A DNA stretch of 64,000 nucleotides from Chloroflexota bacterium (GTDB taxonomy: Bacteria; Chloroflexota; Dehalococcoidia; Lucifugimonadales; Lucifugimonadaceae): the NCBI GenBank assembly GCA_002719295.1, contig PBHC01000012.1:109930-173929 (forward strand). The letters run 5' to 3'. Made by a program: the position numbers and the translations under genes. The notes below the pieces were generated by a model. It was not told the DNA's origin. It saw only the letters and a program-made list of their open reading frames with translations, and searched no databases. Below, one piece after another: positions 1-10,221 of this stretch. The first letter of the stretch is position 1. Each line of letters opens with the position of its first letter.

Positions 1-2
1 GT

Positions 3-746
3 TACTCTTCAGCAGGACCCCTTGACCAAATCACAGGAAAATATATAAATCCTCCTAACCTAACTGGGTGGCATGACAAATCATTGATTCCGTTTATAGA
101 GAGAAATTTAGGAATTGTTTCAAAAGTAGGGCATGATGCTACATTGGCAGCATTAGCGGAAACAAAATTTGGTGAATTTACTGGATCTAAAGATATAGTA
201 TATTTAACAGTTTCAACAGGTGTCGGAGCAGGAATGATATCTAATGGAAATATGATTCAAGGCCATAATTGGTTCGCTGGAGAGGTTGGTCACATCATAA
301 TTAATCCTAATGGTCATAGATGCTCTCTTGGGTGTCCAGGATGTCTTGAAGGAAATGTTTCCGGTACTGCTATAGCATCAATTGCAAAACAAAGATTAAA
401 AAAATATAAAAGTAAAATTTTAAATGATTATTCAGATAATGAAATAAATTCTAAGCTTGTTTTTGATTATGCAAGAAGAGGAGATTTATTGTGTAAAGAA
501 ATTTTGTTTGATGTCATAGAAAATTTAGGTAGAGGCTTAGCTTCTTTATTAGCGGTATTAAATCCTGAAATTATAATATTAGGAGGATCTGTTGCTGAGG
601 CTATAAATAATAATTATTCTGATGTTCTTATAAAATCAGTCTCAAAATATTGCATTGAATTTTATAAAGAATCTCCTCCAATAAGAATGACTAAATTAGG
701 AGAAAATGCATCTATTTTAGGAGCCTCAATAATTGCTCAAAATTAA
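3..746 (+). CDS. ROK family sugar kinase (glucokinase-like), 5'-truncated by window edge
   Basis: Frame is open from position 3 (YSSAGPLD...NPPNL.GW). ROK motifs: HDA, TVSTGVGAG, AGEVGH and C-x3-C-PGCLE zinc site. Confidence 0.9.
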   Translation, partial: YSSAGPLDQITGKYINPPNLTGWHDKSLIPFIERNLGIVSKVGHDATLAALAETKFGEFTGSKDIVYLTVSTGVGAGMISNGNMIQGHNWFAGEVGHIIINPNGHRCSLGCPGCLEGNVSGTAIASIAKQRLKKYKSKILNDYSDNEINSKLVFDYARRGDLLCKEILFDVIENLGRGLASLLAVLNPEIIILGGSVAEAINNNYSDVLIKSVSKYCIEFYKESPPIRMTKLGENASILGASIIAQN

Positions 747-1807
747 TCGTCAATATCAGGTTGGTCGATAGGTTTTTCATAATCAGCCAATGATTTTATA
801 GGATCGTCAATATCGTCATCAATTGCATCTGGGGCAATGAATGATGTCCCATCAGCGTTTAATGATCCCCATCCTTCAATCTCAGCGGCGTTGTATTCAT
901 CAAAATCTTTTTCATAATCTTCTTTAATGTTTTTTTCAGTCTCCTCTGAAATATCATTTGGATTAGCAGAAATCAATTCTTCATCAGCCTTTATTTCAGA
1001 TAGTTTTTCTTTACTTAGTGTCACAATTTCAGGTTCACTCGAAAACTTTAAATTATCCAAAATGCTTTTAGCGTAAACACCACCAATATTTGAAATTCCG
1101 TTTACAGCTGCTTTTTGAGTTTCTAATTCTTCATCCTCTAATAAATCTTTTATTTGATCTAAATTTTCTTCATTCCCAATTAAACTTAAAGAATTGCAAG
1201 CCTCTGACCTTATTTTAAAGTTGTCATGATCTAACATTTCTTCTATTAGAGGAATCCATTTAATATCTCCGTTATTTCCCATTGAAGTAATTGCACAAAT
1301 CAAATCTTCATCCCCATTTGAACTATATTTTTCTAAAATCAAGGTTTCTATATCAGGATTTTTTATAAAACTTAAACTTTGAATCATTAAGTTCTTATGT
1401 TTTTCAGATTTTGATGATTTTACGAAGTTCAATCCAAATTCCATTAGTCTTTTTAACTGTTTATTTTTTGAAACATAATTAGAAATCCAATTTCCAAATA
1501 TAATAATTGCTTGTGTTTTTATATCATCATCTTTTTCTAGTGTAATAATATTTCTAATTTTTTGTAGTGAAGAAATATCAGAACTTTTTGTAAGATACTT
1601 AGTACTAATTTTTCTGATTTTATTATTTTCATGATCTAAAAATTTCAAAATAAAATCTTCAAAATCATAACCTTTGTTTTCATTTTCAAAAATTATCATT
1701 TCTTCTAAAAAATTTATAATTTTTTCTACGTTAAATTTAATTATTTTTGTATAATTTTCTTCGTAGGTTTCGAAATTTACTTTTGAAAAATCTATTCCAT
1801 ATGTCAT
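743..1807 (-). CDS. HEAT-repeat protein with acidic C-terminal tail
   Basis: Repeated L.D.D..IR..A...L..IG helical units; D/E-rich C-terminus. Confidence 0.8.
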   Translation of the reverse strand: MTYGIDFSKVNFETYEENYTKIIKFNVEKIINFLEEMIIFENENKGYDFEDFILKFLDHENNKIRKISTKYLTKSSDISSLQKIRNIITLEKDDDIKTQAIIIFGNWISNYVSKNKQLKRLMEFGLNFVKSSKSEKHKNLMIQSLSFIKNPDIETLILEKYSSNGDEDLICAITSMGNNGDIKWIPLIEEMLDHDNFKIRSEACNSLSLIGNEENLDQIKDLLEDEELETQKAAVNGISNIGGVYAKSILDNLKFSSEPEIVTLSKEKLSEIKADEELISANPNDISEETEKNIKEDYEKDFDEYNAAEIEGWGSLNADGTSFIAPDAIDDDIDDPIKSLADYEKPIDQPDIDD

Positions 1808-3108
1808 GATGAAATCTCAACATTACTAGTTTGTAAAAAAGGTAATTCTAATGATCCATACACAATTTCATTTTCTTTGCTTATACTATCAACTTTATTA
1901 AGAGCATTGAAAGAGTTTCCAGAAATCATCGTGTTTTTTACTCTTCCTACTAGTTTTCCTTTTTCAATTTTATATCCAAGTGATATGTTGGCACTAAAAT
2001 CTCCTGAAAGTTCATTGCCTTGTCCTGCCCCAAGAAGATGATCTACTAAAATACCTTCATCAATTTGTTCAATCATTTTATTAAATGAGGTATCTCCGGT
2101 ATTCATTATGAGATTAGAAATACTAGGGAAAGTATTTGAATGCACTGATCGTACTGCGGAACCTGTTGATTCGCAATTATACTCGTTGGCTGTTTTTAGA
2201 TCAAAAATCCCTGAAATAAACTTTCCGTTTTTTATTAAGGTATTTATTTTACTTGGAATTCCCTCACCATCATAATTTCTAGATGATGTACTAAAATCTA
2301 TTAATGGATTATCTACAACTGTTATTTTATTATCAAAAATATCTTCATTTTCTTTATTGGATAGCTTAGATAGATTTTTTGATAGATTGGTGCCATTAAA
2401 TGAAACAAGTAAAGGGGATAAAATTGTTTGATAAAGTCCGTGGGGTGTGAAAATTATAGGGCAACCATTTTTAGGTGTTTCTTTTATGTTTTGTGCGATA
2501 GATAAGTTTTCTATCAATTTGCTGGTTAATTTATCTACAACTTCATCTTCAATATTTTTTACTGAACTTGCATAGTTATATATATTCAACATATCATTTC
2601 CATTTATAGTTTGTGCGGAAATAAAAAAACTTATTCCTGATTCATTTGATTCAAGACTTAGGCCATTAGAATTTTTTAAAAATGATTTTCCTTTACCTAG
2701 ATCGAACTCTGCATCACATAATGCATCTGGAAATTTATTTAATATTTTTTTTATGTTTTTATCTAACTTGTCTATAAAAAAATTATTTTCTAATAAGAAT
2801 TCTTCTTCTGAATAAATTAAGGCTTTATTTTCAGATAGTTTTTTCTTTGGAAATTTTATATTTGTTTTTGTAGGGAAATCACTTAATTCTAGAAAATTTG
2901 AACCAAATTTTTCTAAATCATAATTACTAGATGATGAGAAAGTTAAACCAGAGTCTTTTATTGCTCTGACCGCAAAGCCTTTTGACTGCTTAATTGAAAT
3001 TTCTTTTAATTTATTCGATTCAAATCCTATGCTTTTATACTCATTTTCTTCTTCATAAATTTCATGTTGTTCAAAATGATTATTTAATAATTTTTCAATC
3101 TTTTTCAT
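1804..3108 (-). CDS. pmbA: TldE/PmbA family protein
   Basis: D.EG.P motif, SGDFS, G.KIEKG and ISGN motifs; lacks HExxxH; adjacent to tldD. Confidence 0.85.
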   Translation of the reverse strand: MKKIEKLLNNHFEQHEIYEEENEYKSIGFESNKLKEISIKQSKGFAVRAIKDSGLTFSSSSNYDLEKFGSNFLELSDFPTKTNIKFPKKKLSENKALIYSEEEFLLENNFFIDKLDKNIKKILNKFPDALCDAEFDLGKGKSFLKNSNGLSLESNESGISFFISAQTINGNDMLNIYNYASSVKNIEDEVVDKLTSKLIENLSIAQNIKETPKNGCPIIFTPHGLYQTILSPLLVSFNGTNLSKNLSKLSNKENEDIFDNKITVVDNPLIDFSTSSRNYDGEGIPSKINTLIKNGKFISGIFDLKTANEYNCESTGSAVRSVHSNTFPSISNLIMNTGDTSFNKMIEQIDEGILVDHLLGAGQGNELSGDFSANISLGYKIEKGKLVGRVKNTMISGNSFNALNKVDSISKENEIVYGSLELPFLQTSNVEISS

Positions 3109-4478
3109 TATCCACTCGATACTAAACAGTTATTTATTCTTATATGAGGCGATCCATTTGATACAGGCAATGGGCTTTGTCCGCCTTTTCCACAGCCTCC
3201 ACCTTGATTTATTTCTAAATCATTTGCGATTCCATTAATATTTTTAAGTGTAGTAAATAAATTGCCAGATAGCTTAACTGGTCTCAATGTCTCTTTTATT
3301 TCTCCATTTTCAATTTTATATGTTTCAGCAGATGAAAAAGTGAACATTTCATGTTCTGTCATCCCTCCATACCAATTTTTGACATATAAACCATCTTTTG
3401 TATCTTTAATGATTTCATCCTTTGTATTCGTGCTGTTTTCTATTATCGTGTTTGTCATTCTTACAATAGGGGGATAAGCATATGATATGGCTCTTGCATT
3501 TCCTGTTGGTTTTTCGTCTAGTTTGCTTGCAGTTTCTTTAGAATGCAATCTTCCCACAAGAACCCCTTCTCTTATTAATGGTGTACTAGTTGAGGGAGTT
3601 CCTTCATCATCATACTCATATGAACCTCTTAGGTTTGGAATTTTTGCACCATCTGTAATATTAAGATCTGGATTACCAAATTTTTCTCCCAGTTTTAATA
3701 TCTCTTGCAATCTTTTATTTTCATACACATTATCTGCTTCTGAAAGATGCCCAAATGCTTCATGAACAAAAACGCCTGCTAGTATTTGATCTAATACAAC
3801 TGTAGTTTCTTGGCCTGTTATTTTTGGAGCTTTAATTAAGTCTATTGATTTTTTACTGCATTCTAAAACTTTATTATCAAGGTTTTCTACAATAGAGTAA
3901 TCACCTAAAGAGCCTATTGAAAATCCAGATTGAAGCATGTCATTACCATCTGAGCTATTAGCAGCAATTCTAAGTATTACATGAATAAAATTTTGCTCTA
4001 TTTCGTTGCCATCACTATCCGCAAAAATCACTTTTCTTTCAGTATCACCATAAACAATTTCACATCCATGAATTCTTTTATCACTTAAAACTAATTCTTT
4101 GTAATGGTCTAAAAGAGTAATTTTTTCTGATAAAGAAATTTTTCTTGGATCTTTTTTTACTTCTGCTGGTAATACCACTTTTATTGGGGTGTTTTTTTGA
4201 ATTTTAAAGGCTGTATTTTGGCTGTAGTTTGCTAATTCTATAGATTCCTTCATTTTTGTTGGGGCCAGATCTATTTCATTGAAACTAGTAAAGCCCCAAC
4301 CGCCATTACTCATTGATCGTGCAGATCCTCCAAAATGTGAGTTTATAGATACGTTTTCTCTAGTTTTTCCATTGTAATTAATTCTTGTAGAAACAGTTTC
4401 TTCTACTCTAATCTCTTTATATTCTGCATTTTTGCAGTTTAAAGAATCTTGCATTATAGTTTTATAATTTTTTTCCAC
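3108..4478 (-). CDS. tldD: TldD metalloprotease
   Basis: HEAFGHLSEAD zinc motif, DDEG, RMTNT and C-terminal GGCGKGGQ.PLPVS.GSPH. Confidence 0.92.
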   Translation of the reverse strand: MEKNYKTIMQDSLNCKNAEYKEIRVEETVSTRINYNGKTRENVSINSHFGGSARSMSNGGWGFTSFNEIDLAPTKMKESIELANYSQNTAFKIQKNTPIKVVLPAEVKKDPRKISLSEKITLLDHYKELVLSDKRIHGCEIVYGDTERKVIFADSDGNEIEQNFIHVILRIAANSSDGNDMLQSGFSIGSLGDYSIVENLDNKVLECSKKSIDLIKAPKITGQETTVVLDQILAGVFVHEAFGHLSEADNVYENKRLQEILKLGEKFGNPDLNITDGAKIPNLRGSYEYDDEGTPSTSTPLIREGVLVGRLHSKETASKLDEKPTGNARAISYAYPPIVRMTNTIIENSTNTKDEIIKDTKDGLYVKNWYGGMTEHEMFTFSSAETYKIENGEIKETLRPVKLSGNLFTTLKNINGIANDLEINQGGGCGKGGQSPLPVSNGSPHIRINNCLVSSG

Positions 4479-4482
4479 TAAT

Positions 4483-5388
4483 TTATCCTAATTTTGAACT
4501 ATCTGTTAATTTATTTTCTTCAAACCATTCATATGCATCAATTTTTTTACCATTATGATCTTTGATTCGACCTATAATTAATTTTTTATTTCCTAGCCCT
4601 ACGCTTACTGTTTTATTTTTTATAATTAACTTTTTATTTATATCTATTTCGTCACTATTCATAAACTTACAATTGTATAGAAATACAGTTTTTGAATCTA
4701 TTTTAGTCCAAGCTCCAGGTTGGGGGTCGCAACCTCTAATTAAATTATAGATATCATTAGGATCTTTATCCCAATTAATTTCTTTTTTTGAACACCAAGA
4801 TTCATATGATGCTTTTTTTTCATCTTGTTTGATTTTTGGCGCCTTATCAGAAATCACAAGTTTTACTGATTCTACCAATGAGCTGACTCCTAAGGGAAAT
4901 AACTTATTAAAATACAAGCTCCCAGTTGTATCATCAGTTGATATATCTAACTCTTTTTGCATCAAAATAGGTCCGGTATCTAATCCTTCGTCAGGCCAAA
5001 ATATAGTTATCCCTGTTTTTTTATCGCCATTAATAACAGCCCAATTTATTGAAGAAGGGCCTCTATGTTTTGGTAATAGCGAAGGATGGTATTGAATGGT
5101 TCCTTTTTTTGGGTTATTAATTATTTCCATTGGTACAATATCAGTTACATATGCCATAACAAGAAGATCAACATTAAGTTTTTTAAATTCTTTAATAGCA
5201 TTTTTAGATCTAAGTTTTTCATACCTTAAAATATTCATATTTTGTGTAATTCCATATTGATAAAGAGGATCATTATCTTGGTTTTGTGGGGTAAAAATCC
5301 CTACTATATTACAACCTTCAATTTTTGATACTTCTGAAGTAACCTTTTCTCCAAATGCAGATTGACCAATTATAGCTATATTAGTCAT
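4483..5388 (-). CDS. Formyltransferase family protein (Fmt-like; resembles 10-formyl-THF hydrolase domain)
   Basis: IIGQSAFG N-terminus, YHPSLLPKHRG, DEGLDTGP, IRG.DP.PGAW. Confidence 0.8.
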   Translation of the reverse strand: MTNIAIIGQSAFGEKVTSEVSKIEGCNIVGIFTPQNQDNDPLYQYGITQNMNILRYEKLRSKNAIKEFKKLNVDLLVMAYVTDIVPMEIINNPKKGTIQYHPSLLPKHRGPSSINWAVINGDKKTGITIFWPDEGLDTGPILMQKELDISTDDTTGSLYFNKLFPLGVSSLVESVKLVISDKAPKIKQDEKKASYESWCSKKEINWDKDPNDIYNLIRGCDPQPGAWTKIDSKTVFLYNCKFMNSDEIDINKKLIIKNKTVSVGLGNKKLIIGRIKDHNGKKIDAYEWFEENKLTDSSKLG

Positions 5389-5977
5389 TAAAAAAATCCA
5401 TTCTATAATAATTCCTTATATTTTCAAAAGACTGAACGATTTCGAATTGATTGAATTCATCTTTATTTTTTTTAGCATCATTTAAATGTTCTAATAAAAA
5501 ATATGCCTCAGCTTCACTTAATTTTTTATACTCTTCATGTCTTTTTAATGTTTCAAATGATATCCCTAAGTCATAAAGATTTTTGTAGGATTTTATGATT
5601 TTTACTATTCCGTTTGGATGTAACTTTTCTCCTTCTACATCTTTTGGTGGTTTAATTAATTTGTTTTCTAATAAATCTTCATAAAATAATTTAGTTACAT
5701 TTGATAGCCTTATAATTTCATCAATTGAATAGTTCTCCTTAATTTGTGAAGAAATAGTATTTATTTTTTTCTTAATTAATTTTAATGGGAAACCATCATT
5801 CTGTAATTTTTTTATTTCATTTATTTTTTCTAGATGAAAATTTGAAAAAGTAGATCGAGTTTTAGAAATTTTTTTAGGGGGCTCTAAAATATTTAATCTT
5901 ACATAATAATTTATAGCTGAAGTACTGACTCCAGTTATTTTTGAGACCTCACTTATTGAATAGTCATTTTCATTCAT
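5381..5977 (-). CDS. MerR family transcriptional regulator (two HTH-like repeats)
   Basis: YSISEVSKITGVSTSAINYY...GFPLKLIK; second YSIDEI repeat. Confidence 0.8.
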   Translation of the reverse strand: MNENDYSISEVSKITGVSTSAINYYVRLNILEPPKKISKTRSTFSNFHLEKINEIKKLQNDGFPLKLIKKKINTISSQIKENYSIDEIIRLSNVTKLFYEDLLENKLIKPPKDVEGEKLHPNGIVKIIKSYKNLYDLGISFETLKRHEEYKKLSEAEAYFLLEHLNDAKKNKDEFNQFEIVQSFENIRNYYRMDFFND

Positions 5978-5995
5978 AAAATAAATTCTACATTA

Positions 5996-8665
5996 TTATT
6001 TTTTAGTTACTATAACTAATAAACTAGGAAGTACAAATACTGTAGATATAAGTGCAAGAAAAATCATAATTGCTGTTATTTGCCCAAAGCTTGCAAACAT
6101 AGGCATTGGAGCAAATCCCATGATTGCAAAACCAATAATGCTAGATATTGCAGAGCCTAATAATGCAATTCCTGTTCCATTTAGAGTTTTTTGGAGAGCT
6201 ATATCATAAGAACTTTTTCTTAATTCTTCTCTAAACCTTTGAGTTATGTGGATTGAGAAATCTATTCCTACTCCTATTGATATTGCTCCTATTGTAGCTG
6301 TAACTAAATTTAAAGAGTAACCACCAATGTACATAATTCCATATAACCAACTTACAACTAAACCAATAGGAATTACTGTTACTAAAGCATATCTTATTGA
6401 TCTAAATGTTATTAGTAGTACTATAAATGAAGCAAATGCTGCAATTGGTATAGATCTATATAAAGATTTTGTTGCTGAGGATAATTCTATATCTCTAACA
6501 AAAGGAGAACCCGTTATTCCATATTCAGTAATGTATGGCTTATTTTTTAGAAATTCTAGTTCATTTTCTAAATCATTTCTTGCAAGAGTTGTAATATTTT
6601 GATTAGCTGAATCTGGAATTCCTACTCTAAAAACTGTAGAAAATTCATTTTCATCTTTGATAAGTGTAAATTTAATTCTATTTGGTGAATAAAATTCTTC
6701 ATTGTTTTCATTTATCAGTCCTTCGTTTATTAAATTTTCAAAGGTTTTTCGATTTTCTTCTTTATCATTCCCAGAAAGGTTTTTCTGTTCTATTAAGGAA
6801 ATCAAATTTGGTTCAATTAATAATAATTCCCCCATTTTGTCATGAGCTAAGAGCTCCATACTATCTAAATTTTCAAGTAACTGTTTCAAATCTTTAATAG
6901 CACTTGGGTTTGCTAAGTCCCCTTTGATATATATCACCCCAATTTCACCTGTGGTGTCTCCAAAGTGATAATCTAGCTTATCTAATCCGATCACAAACTC
7001 TGATTCTTCATTGAAAAAATCTGCGACTTCAAATCTTGCTTCAAGTTTAAACGCTAAAAAAGTAGAATAGACTGTTATTAATGAAAATATAAGAATTGTT
7101 AGATATGGTTTTTTTGCAAAAAATATAATGATTTTGCTAAACATTTCTTCAAATTTAACAAAAACATTTTTATTATTTATTTTTTCTTCTATTTCAATAT
7201 TTTTTTTAGATCTGCTTGCTAAATATACAGGTAATAATAAAAACATAAGTATGTTAGTTAGAATCATAATTATCCCAATTAATGGAGACACAAGTAAGAA
7301 AACAATAACAGATCCTCCTGAAAGACCTGCGGATCCTATTGCTTCTATTGTCCAAAACAATTTATTTTTATTTTTCTTATTGTCAATTGAATCTATTTTC
7401 GAAAGAATGAAAGGTGCATATATTCCTAATACAATGTAAGATGCAAACGCTGCTACTCCTGCAGCAAGACCAAAATGCACAACAGATTCTATACCTGCAG
7501 TTATGTTAGATAAAAAAGCAATAGCATCACTTATAAAAGCTAATGTTAATGCTGACCCTACTCCTCCAAATGCAATAATAAACTTTTTATCAAAAGTTAT
7601 ATTATTACTTTTTTCTTCTTGGTATCTTCTAATGGAATGAACTGCAAAGTCTACTCCAAATGAAACCATAGCAATTGGCACAATTAAGTCAGAAATCAAC
7701 CCTCCTTTAAGACCTAATAAAAATGAGATCCCTTTTAACCAAATCATTAGCGTTGAGAGCCCTATCCCTACTAGAACAACTGCCCAATAAGACCTTAGAG
7801 AAAGGCCGACTACTGCAATAGCTGCTATAACAGTTAGCGTTATGAATAAAGCTGAGGAGGTTCCTTGTCTTTCTCCTTCAGTATTTACATCAATTGCAAT
7901 TCCCCATATTTTTAATGTATGCATTTCTTGCTTTAGAACTTCTAAAATATTAATATTGAATTCTTCTTTATCAAGAGTATTTTTATCTCCTCCAAGTGCA
8001 ACTCTTTGAGAACCTCCTCCAAGAGATTCGTTATTTCCTAATACAACTATTAACATTGCAGGTGAAGTCCACCAATCAATTTCATTCCCATCTATATTTT
8101 TCTTTTCTATGTTTGAATGAATGCTTATGTTTCTCTTAATATCTTTTACTTGATCTCCTTTTAGAACTGTTGATATGACTTCCTTCACTTCTTCATTGGT
8201 AGCATTTTGAAGCGTTTTATTGTATCTAGGGTTTGCTAGTAATACATTGTTTACAACATCTGCTAAAGTAAGAATTCCATTAACTTCTATTGATGTTTCT
8301 GAATCCACATAGCTAAATAGATGATTTTGCTTCTCAATCGTACTTGGAGATAGTTCCTTTTTAGAATCAATTAACCTTAATTTTTCAGAGGCTTTAAATA
8401 TTTCAAGTAAGTATTTTTTAGAAAGAATATCTTCGCCTTTTGGGACTTCAAGAAGATATAGTGCAAAATGCACTTCATCTGAAAACTTTTTTGATATTTC
8501 TATATCAAGATCTATGACGGGATCTTTTGGAGAAGTAGATGCATCTCCTCGATAAGGAATGAATGAGTATGAAAGTGCCAAGCCTACAGTAATAAAGATA
8601 AATAGTAGAAACAGCTTTCGGGGGTTATCAACAAAAAACTTAGAAATTTTTTCATAAATATTCAT
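5996..8665 (-). CDS. MMPL/RND family transporter
   Basis: Two TM bundles with GVDFAVH and GIDFSIH motifs, separated by large extracytoplasmic loops. Confidence 0.88.
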   Translation of the reverse strand: MNIYEKISKFFVDNPRKLFLLFIFITVGLALSYSFIPYRGDASTSPKDPVIDLDIEISKKFSDEVHFALYLLEVPKGEDILSKKYLLEIFKASEKLRLIDSKKELSPSTIEKQNHLFSYVDSETSIEVNGILTLADVVNNVLLANPRYNKTLQNATNEEVKEVISTVLKGDQVKDIKRNISIHSNIEKKNIDGNEIDWWTSPAMLIVVLGNNESLGGGSQRVALGGDKNTLDKEEFNINILEVLKQEMHTLKIWGIAIDVNTEGERQGTSSALFITLTVIAAIAVVGLSLRSYWAVVLVGIGLSTLMIWLKGISFLLGLKGGLISDLIVPIAMVSFGVDFAVHSIRRYQEEKSNNITFDKKFIIAFGGVGSALTLAFISDAIAFLSNITAGIESVVHFGLAAGVAAFASYIVLGIYAPFILSKIDSIDNKKNKNKLFWTIEAIGSAGLSGGSVIVFLLVSPLIGIIMILTNILMFLLLPVYLASRSKKNIEIEEKINNKNVFVKFEEMFSKIIIFFAKKPYLTILIFSLITVYSTFLAFKLEARFEVADFFNEESEFVIGLDKLDYHFGDTTGEIGVIYIKGDLANPSAIKDLKQLLENLDSMELLAHDKMGELLLIEPNLISLIEQKNLSGNDKEENRKTFENLINEGLINENNEEFYSPNRIKFTLIKDENEFSTVFRVGIPDSANQNITTLARNDLENELEFLKNKPYITEYGITGSPFVRDIELSSATKSLYRSIPIAAFASFIVLLITFRSIRYALVTVIPIGLVVSWLYGIMYIGGYSLNLVTATIGAISIGVGIDFSIHITQRFREELRKSSYDIALQKTLNGTGIALLGSAISSIIGFAIMGFAPMPMFASFGQITAIMIFLALISTVFVLPSLLVIVTKK

Positions 8666-8713
8666 TTTTTAATATTATTATAATAATAAGATTTTTATGC
8701 ATCTAAACAAATA

Positions 8714-9982
8714 ATGTTAAATATATTTTCAATTCGATCAAAAAAAATTTATTATGGGTGGTTAATTGTTGGTGTTCTATTTCTTTTCAACGTAATTGGG
8801 ATTGGAACTAGACAAGGATTTGGAATTTTTGTTGATATATGGGGATCAGAATGGGAAGTGAATGTATCATCTATTAGTTTGGCTGCAAGCATAGGTTGGC
8901 TAGTTAATGGATTGGCAAATCCTATAATCGGCCAATTATCTGATAAATATGGCCCTAAGATTGTGATGGTTTTCTGCTCTATAATTGTTTCTATTAGCTC
9001 AATATTAGTTGCTACTTCTTATAATGTTTTCACACTCTCTTTTTATTATGGGTTTTTGATTTCATTTGCCACTGGAACAGGAGGTCCTTTGGGCATTATT
9101 CTTTCAAAATGGTTTGCGAAAAGGAGAGGAGTAGCAATGGGTGCTGTTATGGCTGGAGGTTCAATAGGGAGTCTGTTTTTTATCCCATTATTGACTTTTA
9201 TTGCTATAAATTATAGCTGGCAATTAGCATGGATTGTAGTTGGTTTATTTGGACTTATTCTTGTTGTTCCAACATCTATAATTGTTTTGAAAAATGAACC
9301 TAGAGATATTAATTTGACTATTGAAGATTCTGATCAAGATGGCAACCACTCTTCTAAAGAATCAGGCCCCTTGTGGGTAGATAAATGGACAACTGCTTAT
9401 AACTCAAAGCCAATGTGGCAACTATCAATAGGATATTTTGTTTGCGGAATTACTACTGCTTCTATTTCTGTGCATTTTATAAAATGGGCTATTTCAGAAA
9501 ACATTTCAACTTCTGAAGCAGCATTATCTTTTGGAGTTTTGAGCGCAGTGAATGGGGTCTCAGTTTTTTGTTCAGGTTATTTCTCAGACATTTTTCAAAG
9601 AAGGATAATTTTGGGTCTTGTTTATGCTACTAGAGGGATAGCATTTCTTGCATTATTGCTTTTAACTGGTCAATTAGCATTATGGGCATTCGCAATAGTT
9701 GGAGGTATGTCTTGGTTGGCAACTGTACCACTTACAACTGCTTTGACATCAGAAATTTACGGTCAAAAAAGACTTGGATCTTTAGTTGGTCTGATAAATA
9801 TGTCTCATCAACTAGGAGGAGCTGGAGCTGTACTATTATTTGGAATGGTATACGATATTTTTGGAAATTATGACTTTGGATTATGGGTTGGAGTTGTATC
9901 TCTTCTAATTGCTTCAATTGCTTCTTTCTCGATAAGTGAAAAAAGATTTTCATCCAGATTTCATAAAAGACTTGCAAATTAA
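8714..9982 (+). CDS. MFS transporter
   Basis: YYGWLIV start, G.LSDKYG motif A, WF.KRRG.A.G; about 12 TM segments. Confidence 0.9.
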   Translation: MLNIFSIRSKKIYYGWLIVGVLFLFNVIGIGTRQGFGIFVDIWGSEWEVNVSSISLAASIGWLVNGLANPIIGQLSDKYGPKIVMVFCSIIVSISSILVATSYNVFTLSFYYGFLISFATGTGGPLGIILSKWFAKRRGVAMGAVMAGGSIGSLFFIPLLTFIAINYSWQLAWIVVGLFGLILVVPTSIIVLKNEPRDINLTIEDSDQDGNHSSKESGPLWVDKWTTAYNSKPMWQLSIGYFVCGITTASISVHFIKWAISENISTSEAALSFGVLSAVNGVSVFCSGYFSDIFQRRIILGLVYATRGIAFLALLLLTGQLALWAFAIVGGMSWLATVPLTTALTSEIYGQKRLGSLVGLINMSHQLGGAGAVLLFGMVYDIFGNYDFGLWVGVVSLLIASIASFSISEKRFSSRFHKRLAN

Positions 9983-10177
9983 ATGTTTCTTAAACCATTA
10001 AAGCAATCCGAAGGATTAAATCATCATGGGGATTCAATAAATCCTGATTTTGCAAAATGGATAACAGATTTTATATCTGGATTTTCTGAAAATTTATTAA
10101 TTGCAATTTTTATAATTGGATTAGTTTTATTTTTTACTTTATATGCATTTATTTTGTTTTTTTCTCGTAAAAAGTAA
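9983..10177 (+). CDS. Small single-TM membrane protein
   Basis: ATG directly follows the MFS stop codon; one hydrophobic helix ending RKK. Confidence 0.55.
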   Translation: MFLKPLKQSEGLNHHGDSINPDFAKWITDFISGFSENLLIAIFIIGLVLFFTLYAFILFFSRKK

Positions 10178-10221
10178 AATATCTTAAGTATTTAATAACT
10201 AAAAAACTTAAAGGAGAAAAT

